Of a stretch of 64,000 nucleotides of DNA, positions 53,446-64,000 are shown piece after piece. Every line of letters begins with the position of its first letter. The stretch's first letter is position 1. A program made the position numbers and the translations under genes. Location of the stretch: the NCBI GenBank assembly GCA_951406725.2, contig OX597819.1, positions 75,826,001-75,890,000 on the forward strand, read 5' to 3'. The notes beneath the pieces are model-generated. The model ran no database searches. It saw only the letters and a program-made list of their open reading frames with translations, and was not told where the DNA came from. The DNA comes from Octopus vulgaris. Its lineage: Eukaryota.

Positions 53446-53878
53446 TCTTCTATTCTTTTACTTGTTTCAGTCATTTGATTGCGGCCATGCTGAAGCACCA
53501 CTTTGAAGGTTTTATTCGAAACAAATCGATCCCAGGACTTATTTTCCAAGCCTAGTAGTTATCCTATCAGAGTCTTTTGCCAAACCGCTAAGTTACGGGG
53601 ATGTAAACACACTAGTTGTCAAGCCGTAATGCGGAACGAACACAGACACAAACACACGCACACACACACACACACACACGCACACACACACAGAGATATA
53701 TATATACATATATATACAACGGGCTTCAATCAGTCTCTGTCTACTAAATCCACTGACAAGGCTTTGGTCGGCCCGGGGCTATAGTAGAAGACACTTGCCC
53801 AGAGTGCCATGCTGTGATAGTGAACCCAGAACCATGTGGTAGGTAATCAAGCTTTTTACCACATAGCCACACTTGCGC
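53446..53878 (-). mobile_element. SINE family B full-length, diverged
   Basis: Reverse complement of family B from tail to head. Confidence 0.85.
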
Positions 53879-54117
53879 TTATAAACAAAACGTCACTGTT
53901 TGCCAGAAGTTTCTTGATAAAACTATATGTGCATGTTTTGCAAGGTTCCTGATCTGAAGACACGGGTACAAACAGTGTTCTAAGGAGACATATATGCATG
54001 CACACAAACCATACATACTAAACACATAGACACGCGCACATGCATGCATGCACACAGACGTGCACACACACACATACAGACGCAAATGCAGATAAGGATA
54101 CACTCCACAGAAAGAGA

Positions 54118-54283
54118 GAATGGACTAAACAGAACAGGTGACACATGGAATGGAGAATCACTGAAGAGGTCACTGGACGTGTGGCGAAGGACACTAAAAT
54201 AAGAATAACAATAAAGAGGTAGTGAAGAACGAGTGTATAATGCGTGTGGTTAATTGGCAAAAATATGATCATCCTCAAATATA
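54118..54283 (+). repeat. Single arm of the foldback family
   Basis: TAAACAGAACAGGTGACACATGG..CTGAAGAGGTCACTGGACGTGTGGCGAA..AATTGGCAAAAATATGATCATCCTCAAATATA. Confidence 0.7.
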
Positions 54284-54496
54284 GTAAGAGAGAAAGCCTA
54301 CGGAAAGAATACATAAGGAATGCCATCAAAAGCAATCTTCTAATTCTCATCCTTTTGGCTGAATAACGATACTAAAATGTCGAAAGTATTCTGAAATGTG
54401 TATGGGAGCATGAAGTTATAAATTATGCAGACGCATACATAGCCACAAGAACATTCACGACGGTGTAACACTCATATATATTCGTAAAGATAGACA

Positions 54497-54745
<249 letters not shown>

Positions 54746-54829
54746 AATTTTGACACACACATGCATACACACATACATATATACATACATTTTCTCCTTG
54801 CATATTATTCTTGTAGTTAATCATCAAAT

Positions 54830-55600
54830 ATGGCGGCGCACGTTGTTGATGTTTTCCTCAAGTTTTATTCTCCATCTAGGTTGTTTCCGTTTAGTAATTT
54901 CGTTACTTTGTTCACTGTAGATTTCTCCTAGGTGTTCTTTAAGAGTAATAACGGATGTGTTTATAAGAGTATTAATATTCCAGTAATTACATCACCTGAT
55001 TCCATGTGCTCTCCGGCAACACCATTGATAACCTTAAACATTATATAGGTCGGATTTTTTCTCACTCTTCTTGGGAATAGTCTGTTGTTCAACAAAAGCT
55101 TTGAGAAAGTATCAGAATTTTTTGCGAAATGTAATTTAAAAATGTTTTTGAGTAGGATGTATTCCGCAGTCTTCGCTACTGAGTCAGTTAACTTTGCAGA
55201 CACACTCGAGTTTAGCGATGGCAGGAGTGGTGGTTTGTTTACATTATTTTTTACTCCACTTCTGGCAGATTTTGACCCATTTTCAGTGTTTTGGGCGGAT
55301 CGAAGACCAATTGATTGTTTTTTTTACTAAAGCTATTTAGCCGTGAAGGTATTTAAGTCGGGGTTTGAGCTTCGTTCCAATATTGTTTTAAGCGCTTCAT
55401 GTATTCACTTGAAGGATCATCTAGGGCTTTTTGTTGGATTAGTTGTTGAGTCCAAGTAAAATGAAAAGACTACTTAGGTTTTCTTAAATAACTTACTGGT
55501 GAAATAGTCTGTTTTCATCGGTTATGGCGTTGTTAGTTTAAACAGTTACCGATTTAAGCTGGAAGTGTCGGTATATTTATAGAGGAAGGTGTTCAAAACG
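54830..55600 (-). pseudogene. Possible decayed gag-like ORF1 fragment
   Basis: Coding-like minus strand (SVAKTAEYILLKNIFK..NRLFPRRVRKNPTYIMFK); identity is inferred only. Confidence 0.3.
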
Positions 55601-55674
55601 GACTTTTTAAACGGCCCTCTACACATGCACGTCCGATGTTGACGGCACCATTATGTATGTTGGATATTGGTACG

Positions 55675-55975
55675 AGAAGCTGACATTTTATAGAAACCGA
55701 TTGATATGTATGTTCAAAAGGACTATGGAAAGTCAGGCTGATATACCAAATTGGCTTGCTACAGTAAGGACAAATGTCGTTACCAAAAATGAAATCACTG
55801 AGATGGCAGGAAGCCACATGCCCATTGCTTGCCTAAACATTATGTACAAACTGTACACAAGTTGCCTCAAACAATTCCTCCAGGACCATTGTGAGTCGAA
55901 CAACAGTGTGACTGATGAACAGGCTGGGGAAAAGAAAAGAGTGTGATAATGTGCCGAACAACTTTTAATAAACAA
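55675..55975 (+). mobile_element. R4/Dong-type LINE RT N-terminal fragment
   Basis: IPNWLATVRT..MPIACLNIMYKLYTS..EQAGEKK..CAEQLLINK matches P.WL..GRT..RPI.CL..YK..EQ.G..GC.EQLLINK. Confidence 0.8.
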
Positions 55976-57750
55976 GTATCTCTTCAGTGACAGCGGAAGA
56001 CCCGTAAAAAGAGAAATTAAGAAGCCTAACACTGAAGTCGTTGAATTGGGACCCTGAAGAGATGAAGAGATACATGAGCAAAATAGAAAGAGAAGCAACG
56101 AATGTGAACCTTGTAATGTCGGAGGAGGAAACGAAAATGTTAAGGAATTCAACAATAGTATACAAAACATTCTCCAACAAATCCAGGGGGATTGAAATAG
56201 CACCTGAATTTCAAATAGAAACAACGGTATCGTGCTGTATGGATAGAGTGGTTTTCATAAATAGAGGAAGCCAATACGGCACAATAAATATTACATTTGA
56301 AAATGTGTAGGCGGCAAAGAAGAATGACCAAGTGATAGAAGGAAATAGATGGACTCTCATACCCGACAAACCAGGAAAAAAGTTAGTGAAAATTAGAGTT
56401 GGAAGAATCCGACCCATAATAGAGCCCGAATGGGTAATAGTGGGAATCTTCGGAGAGAACTTGAAGAAAGGAAGTACAAAGTTAGACGTTCTAACAGTGA
56501 GTAAATCACAATGTTTGAAATTTTGGGGTTATGGAATTGAAGCAGTTTGCGCTATAACCGAAGAATACTATCAAGAAATACCGGAAACGGTAGAAAGTTG
56601 GATATTGTGCTACTGGGAAGACCCCCAAAATGCTACTTGTGTGGCATAAGGGGGCATATGCGAAGGAAATGCCCGAATATAGAAGTAGAGAAAAGGTTGG
56701 AAACAACAGTGGAAGAAAAAGCAGCCGATGAAGAGAAGATGGAGAACAATAATAGAACGAATATGGTGAAGAGAAGGAAGAGAAAACGTAAAAAGTCACC
56801 AACTTTGGAAGAGGCAAAAAAGAGTAAAGGGGCGGCAGAGATATAACTTTTCAGAACGGTAATACCGAGGAGCCAACTATGGAAGGGATAGAGAGAGCGA
56901 TGGAACTGCAAAACGAAGATGAAACAGAGCGAGAAAAATTAAAGTTGTGTGAGCTATAAGATAGAGAACAGATGGAAGAAACGCATTTGAAAAAGTCACC
57001 AACTTTAGAAGAAACGGAAAAAAGTAGTGGAATGGCAGAGAATATAACAGACCAGGACCGTAACACTGAGAGAATATATATGGAAGATATGTTGAGAGCG
57101 ATGAACCTGCAAAGCGAAGAAGAAGTGTGGCAGTGGTTTAGGCTCAAAGAAAAAGAACAGATGGAAGAGAAGTATTTGCAGTCGGGAGAAAATTCAGATA
57201 CACAAACGGAGATGAACGAAGCAGTAGACTCGAGAAGAGAAACACTAGGAAAGAAAGAGAATGAGAGGAAAAAATGTAACAATAATAAATGTGGAAAAAA
57301 AAAACGTAGACGTTAAGTATAATTACGAGTGTAGCGCAACTAATTGTTTAAATAAACAAATATGAATTGAACTGCAGAGGAACTGAGAATTGAACTTGTG
57401 TTATTTGTCTGTGAAATTTAATATGTAAAAAAAAAGTAACGACTGGAGAAAAAAAGATAAAATAGAAAAAGAAAATACAAAGACTAATGTGAACAATTAA
57501 TGATAAATTTTACGATATTGATAAGAAGACCATCGCGGTTTCCCCTCACAGTGAGACCCGATGGTATTGAGAATTAATGTGAAAAAATTCACTGTTCGTC
57601 TCACAGCGGGAGTGAGTCGAACAGCTTCATTCTCTCTCATTAATTATTAATCACTCCATCAATCATACATAATTTGTTTTATGTTCCCGTTTTGTCTTGT
57701 TTTGTCCCCTCTATGTAATCAGGCCATTGTGCCTATAATAAAGAGAAAAG
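55976..57750 (+). mobile_element. Decayed gag-like ORF1 with CCHC zinc knuckle plus a LINE-like 3' end, no RT in between
   Basis: GRPPKCYLCGIRGHMRRKCP (CX2CX4HX4C) near 56615-56675; E/K-rich tail; duplicated KKSPTLEE; ends TGTGCCTATAATAAAGAGAAAAG at ~57750. Confidence 0.6.
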
Positions 57751-57760
57751 GACACGCTAC

Positions 57761-57806
57761 CCTGAACTGATGAAGAACAATACCCAGAAACATGCATGTA
57801 TTCAGG
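57761..57806 (+). ncRNA. Type I hammerhead ribozyme, stem II decayed
   Basis: CCTGAA-CTGATGA-agaacaataccca-GAAA-CATGCATG-TA-TTCAGG: perfect 6-bp stem I, palindromic stem III ACATGCATGT. Host element runs to (TA)n at 57972. Confidence 0.72.
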
Positions 57807-57968
57807 TTCCTGTTCCTAGCTGGTGGGGGCGCTTGCCTCCCCTTTGCGAATATAAGGACACAGAAAATGTGTCAAAGCCGACAGGAAGCGTCGATGCTTC
57901 ATAGGGCTGTATAGCCGTGGTGTAATTCCCTCTACGGTACTATCACATTTTGTTGACTTTATACAACC

Positions 57969-57971
<3 letters not shown>

Positions 57972-58063
<92 letters not shown>

Positions 58064-58098
58064 GTATATATATATATATATATATACATGTATATTTG

Positions 58099-58138
<40 letters not shown>
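57972..58138. repeat. (TA)n microsatellite
   Basis: Directly visible. Confidence 0.97.
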
Positions 58139-58139
<1 letters not shown>

Positions 58140-58560
58140 CCTGAAGCAGAGGCCGATAATAGCCTGGAGACGTCGTTAAAGATAAAATTAGCAGCTTTAC
58201 TGCTCCTAATGATAGGGTCTCTGACGTAGATGCCAAAACATTTCCATAAGAGTTCTTAAATCAGAACAAATTCGTGTTTTGATTACATATTTAAAAGGAA
58301 ATGTGTTCAACAAAGTACATATGTGTGCGTATGAGTGTGTTTAAATGTGTGTTTGTGTCGCTGTGAGAGTGAACGGTAAATGATTATTTTATAGATTTTA
58401 ATGTATAATTCTTAGTATTAGAATTTACGTTATAACAATATCCTATAATGTCATAATAGTATGTAATGACACGGTATATCAGATTAAAATTCAGCTTATA
58501 GAGTAAACAACACGAGAATAAAAGCGTACATAACGATATTTATGCATACTACCTCTACTG

Positions 58561-58606
<46 letters not shown>

Positions 58607-58613
58607 ATGTATA

Positions 58614-58677
<64 letters not shown>

Positions 58678-59191
58678 GAAAGAGTGGGTGTATGCATACT
58701 TATCTCTGTATGCAGATATGTATTCTGTATGTATATATTTTCTATAGTAGTACTGAAATATTCGGTGCTTTTTCTACATAAATATGGGTTAGTCAAGTAT
58801 AATATATTCGGCAACAAATAAAAGTTACATCAGCCATAAAACAAAATTGAAGATGGATGCAAAATACCGCTTAGACACTTAACAAACTATTCTGCAGTTT
58901 TTGACATTTACAGATTAGTTTTACAAGAAATCTTGATCGCAATTGCCTCCATTTCCATTTTCAAGATATGTAACATTTCGTTTCCATCTTTTGAAACATT
59001 AAGTATGCGTGTTTGAGTGCGTTTGAGTTATGTAAATGAATAAAAATAAATAAAGATACGTGCTGTGTGTGTGTGTGTGTACCTATTCATTTATATATAC
59101 AGATATATGCGTGTGCACCTATGTATGTATATCTGTGTATACATATACACTTATACGTATATGTTTGAATAAAGACATGCGGAGAATGTAT

Positions 59192-59591
59192 GAGTGGCTG
59201 TGTTGTAAGTAGCTTGCTTACCAGCCACATGGTTCCGGGTTCATTCCCACTGCTTGGCACCTTAGGCAAGTGTCTTCTACTATAGCCTCGGGCCGACCAA
59301 AGCCTTGTAAGTGGATTTGGTTGACGGAAACTGAAAGAAGCCCGTCGTATATATGTATATGTATGTGTGTGTGTGTATATGTTTGTGTGTCTATTTTTGT
59401 CACCCCAACATCGCTTGACAACCGATGGTGGCGTGTTTACGTCCCCGTAACTTAGCGGTTCGGCAAAAGAGACCGATAGAATAAGTACTAGGCTTCGAAA
59501 GAATAAGTCCTGGGGTCGATTTGCTCGACTAAAGGCGGTGCTTCAGCATGGCCGCAGTCAAACGACTGAAACAAGTAAAAGAGTAAAAGAG
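59192..59591 (+). mobile_element. SINE family B near full-length
   Basis: Colinear with other copies; tail GTAAAAGAGTAAAAGAG. Confidence 0.9.
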
Positions 59592-60468
59592 TATGTATGT
59601 GTGTGTGTACACGTGCGAGTGTATGCATATATAACTGATGTCTCTTTGAATGTCTGCCGTAAACGTGTGTACATAAACATTAATACACTCACACATACAA
59701 ATATATGTGTACAGGGTGCAGTCAATAAACTGTCGACTAGATTGCGCAAAAAGGAAAATAACATTGACATTGTATTTTAACATTGCATATTCACCAAAAT
59801 TACATAAAATATTTTCCGCTTTGACAACATATTTTTGCTTGGGTAAAGTTCAGCGATCTGCTTGCTTAACTTCCTCGTAGGGACATGGTATCTTGTTTTA
59901 TATCTGATGGTCAGCTACCGTTCCGGTGGTTTGGTACCCTTAAGTGGTCAGTGTTTGTTTTTTTTAAGGGTTCGGTTCTGACCAGAGGGAACATTTCATT
60001 GGTTCCTTTCTGAAGTGACGTCAGCAGCTGGTGTTTGAGAAGGAGTATGGTATTATTCTATAGTAATTAGTATATGGAGTATGGAGTTTTATCACTTTCA
60101 AGAATAACTGACAAGCAAGAGAGATGTGCAAATGTACTAATGATGTTACATTTATAAATGGATTGAATTATGACGAGACAATCCTTCCTGTCTAGAATTA
60201 CAAATATAGTTTAGGAATAATATTTTATATATATTTAACGTTTTCAGCTGGCACAAGGACACATTATTTAACAAAGAAACAACTTACAATAATCAGATTT
60301 TATTTCAAAATGTTAGGTTCTATAATTTGCAATAAGTAACTTATCTACAAGATGTTCTGAAGTTACCTTATAAAGAAACCATTTATGCTTACCTCCCTCC
60401 CTCCCTACCCCCTTACCTACCTACCTACCTACCTACCTACCTACCTACCTACCTACCTACCTACCTAC

Positions 60469-60531
<63 letters not shown>

Positions 60532-60659
60532 CATTTTTACTTTTGCACTTACAGACTATATACTACCACCACCACAACCGCTACCGCCGCCGCCTCCACC
60601 ACCACTACCACCGCCGTCTCCGCCACCACCACTACCATCAATATCAGCAACTATAACAA

Positions 60660-62520
60660 CAACGACCACAACGATATTAACACTGTACACTGTGTCTTCT
60701 ATAACCCTATCAACAAACCTTATGACATGACGAGGATCTACCCCGCATACTTATCCTTCAACAAAAGGTTATGTATGCCACCCCAAATTGACAGTGAAAC
60801 AGAAGCAAGGGTTTCCTTAGCTAGAAATAGAATCCAACATGTCTTAGACCGATACAACATATCCACTAAAAACATAATGAGGAGGGAACACAACTCAGTT
60901 CATCTGTTGCGAAAGGCCTACAAAAACTTCCTACGGACAAGTCTGTCAAACTGTCAATAGACAGCCCACAGAACTATGTCAAGACCATGCAACAACACAT
61001 GAAAAGCATGAGAGAAGTTGCACCATAGGAACATGAAAGAGTGGAAAAACTCCCCAAGGCACACTTCGGGATGTGGTGCAACATACTCCAACCTAGAAAC
61101 GGACTGCACACAGTTTCCAAGCAGCTAACAATGATGTTCCTACACTATACAGGTTACGCATAGACCATAAACCCTGTCATGGGGTCCCCAACCCGTATAT
61201 CTCCAGCAAATATAGACTTATTTCCTGTCATAGGTATTACAACCTCTCATAGGTGTATCCTCAGATGTCTGTGTGATCACGTAAGATCTCCTCAGTAAAA
61301 TCAGTACATGCAATCACTCCAATGACCTCACAGGTTGTGTAGTGGGTAGTATAGATGGGATTTCACTCTACCCATTTATAGACATAGATTTTATAGTGGA
61401 GAAATGCATTGAGATAATCTTTGAGAGTGAAGTAGAGTTCCATGAAGTCAACATGAGGGAACTGGACCTTCTCCTTAGACTAAGCTACGACAGTGACTAT
61501 TTAGACGACCATGACCTCAGTAGATTCTGCCCCACCAGGTCACCGAGTGGAACACCACCCACCCACCATCACCTCAGCAGTGAAGAAAAGCTCCGCAGAG
61601 CGCTGGAGTAGCTGGACCGTACACATCCAAGATCCTGAGAACAACAACCAGGTGAAAGGAATGATTGCACATGCAATAGGGGCTAGTGTAAGAACCATCT
61701 TGAAGAAACACATAATAAAGTTTAACAAGAAACTATACATGCAGGTTCAAGGTTCAGCCATTGGTGTTGGTGTAACTGGAGATGTGGCCGGCCTCTTCAT
61801 GACCTGGTGGGACAGAAAACTTAAGCAATCCTTAGCAGCACAGTCTACTTTACAGCAGGTATGTAGACGACATTAATATCCTAGTCAAGACCAACTCTAG
61901 TAACGGTAATGTAGATACTGAGCAGAACATAATGGAGTGCATACAGCAAGTAGCTAACTCCATCCACCAAAGTATCAAGATAACTATAGATTACCTCACT
62001 AGACACCCCAACAACAGACTCCCCGTCCTTGATACTGAACTTTAGAGACTGTGACCAATAGAGTACAGCTCCTCCACTCCTATTACATGAAACTCATTGC
62101 TTCGAAATATGTTGTTCACAAAACCTCAGCTTTGCCACACAACATGAAAATTAACATATTGATAGCTGACTTAGTTAGGATAATGAACAACGTGTCCCTA
62201 TTATGCAACCCCTATAAAGCAAAGAAACATGTACAGAACGTCCAGCACAGCATGCAGTTCTCTGGATATGATCGGAAAGATAGGGTTTGCGTATACAGGG
62301 GTGCTAGAAAGAAGTTATATGTAATGAAACCAAAGGTACCTGCCCTAGTTATAGAAGCAAAGATAGGAATAGAATACAAAGAATTTGTGACAAAGCAAAC
62401 AGGGTGAACGAGTGATGTTTGTAGAGACCACACTCCCTGGAGAACTAGCCTGTAGATTTAAGAAAAATCTGAAGGAGACCAAGCTCAACATTAAGATTGT
62501 CGAAATGCAAGCCAGGAAAC
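60660..62520 (+). mobile_element. Penelope-like retroelement (Neptune-like RT), decayed; endonuclease not seen
   Basis: VGSIDGISLYP, LYMQVQGSAIGVGVTGDVA, LYSRYVDDINI (~61847-61880), ANSIHQSIKITID..RLPVLD, YMKLIASKYVVHKTSALP..KINIL..DLVR; many frameshifts. Confidence 0.85.
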
Positions 62521-63342
62521 TCCACCTGATCACAACTATTTTGGTCTTGATTGGTAAAATGGGTAAATGTAACTTGATGTGAGTCGAAACTGTTACACTT
62601 ACATTGGAGATGAGCCATTTAAAGACACAAAAGCACACACAAGTTTTACATTCACTTTTCAGTTATTTCTTCGCTGCAGCAAGACAGGTAGTAAACGTAG
62701 TAAAGAGGCTAAAATGCCAACGTCAACGGAATAGTGACAGACTTCCTACAAAAAAAAAAAAAAAAGAAAGCGAAACGGACTAAAACAAGAAACGAAACTT
62801 GGACACTGACATTTAGAAGAAGCTACAATCAGTTAATTGAAATCAAACTATCAAAACGTTACATACGCAAGCACATATAAACACGTAATCATACACACAT
62901 AGACACATACAGGTATACGTCTAAAAATCAAAATCGCATGAACAAAAGCAGGATATAACCACGCATAATAAAACTACCATAAAACTGTCCACTAAAAACC
63001 ACTCAGCTATTGAAACAGCGGAGGAGCAACAAACCGTAAAATGTCTTCCCGTACAGTTGGCAAACAAGTTGTCTTCGTATAAACTTTTACATATAAATTT
63101 AGATTTCGTTGATATTGTGGTTTCCTCAGATGAGAAAAACACCAAGATCAACGAACTGTAAACAAAAGCCTACTTATTTTGAAAAGCAGGATGTATGCTC
63201 TAAAGAATTTCATAAAAATAAAATTGGTAAATAGAAAAATTACAATGAATACGTTGAAGATCAAAACAAAAACAATAAAAGAAATATCTAAGCAACAAAT
63301 TGAAAGACCTACAACATGAACGAGATAGAAACATGACCATAA

Positions 63343-63407
<65 letters not shown>

Positions 63408-63551
63408 GTTATATAAACAATCAGCCACAAAGTAACACCCATAAAAACCGACCAATGCAATGAAATGATATAAAGAACAAACTCACATCCATAGATAGAT
63501 AGATATATAGATAGATACATACATACATACGTATTAATATATATATATATA

Positions 63552-63966
63552 GGCGCAGGAGTGGCTGTGTGGTAAGTAGCTTGCTAACCAACCACATGGT
63601 TCCGGGTTCAGTCCCACTGCGTGGCACCTTGGGCAAGTGTCTTCTGCTATAGCTTCGGGCCGACCAAAGCCTTGTGAGTGGATTTGGTAGACGGAAACTG
63701 AAAGAAGCCTGTCGTATATATGTACATATATATATATGTATGTGTGTGTATATGTTTGTGTGTCTGTGTTTGTCCCTCTAGCATTGCTTGACAACCGATG
63801 CTGGTGTGTTTACGTCCCCCGTCACTTAGCGGTTCGGCAAAAGAGACGGATAGAATAAGTACTGGGCTTACAAAGAATAAGTCCCGAGGTCGATTTGCTC
63901 GAGTAAAGGCGGTGCTCCAGCATGGCCGCAGTCAAATGACTGAAACAAGTAACAGAGAAAAAGAGA
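63552..63966 (+). mobile_element. SINE family B full-length
   Basis: Colinear with 7599-8007. Confidence 0.92.
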
Positions 63967-64000
63967 ATATATATAATCGATATGACATTTCTCGCCTGAT

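Noticed and set aside
58139-58182. Degenerate HHR-like GCCTGAAGCAGAGGC..GCCTGGAGACGTCGTT after (TA)n
   Set aside because: Both catalytic boxes are altered and stem I is absent; cannot be supported.

Overview
AT-rich eukaryotic, repeat-saturated non-coding DNA (intron or intergenic). The SINE families and microsatellite load look like an octopus/coleoid cephalopod genome; this is recalled similarity, not a database result. No intact host protein-coding gene is supportable, and most ORF-track entries are microsatellite artefacts. Decayed mobile elements seen: two Penelope-like elements (PLEs; RT+GIY-YIG at ~1.0-2.6 kb, Neptune-like RT at ~60.6-62.5 kb), three mariner relics, RTE and R4/Dong LINE fragments, a hAT (Buster/Charlie-like) relic, gag-like ORF1 fragments, Helitron-like ends, a MITE and four recurrent SINE-like families. 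The most notable signal is a set of type I hammerhead ribozyme (HHR) motifs, mostly with palindromic stem III, in several unrelated short non-coding elements that often abut (TA)n tracts. One is a near-perfect 1.45-mer of a 476-bp unit (26191-26883), the architecture expected of a retrozyme or PLE pseudo-LTR. Another is a foldback family with an HHR-like core in each arm. All folds were paired by eye, not computed.
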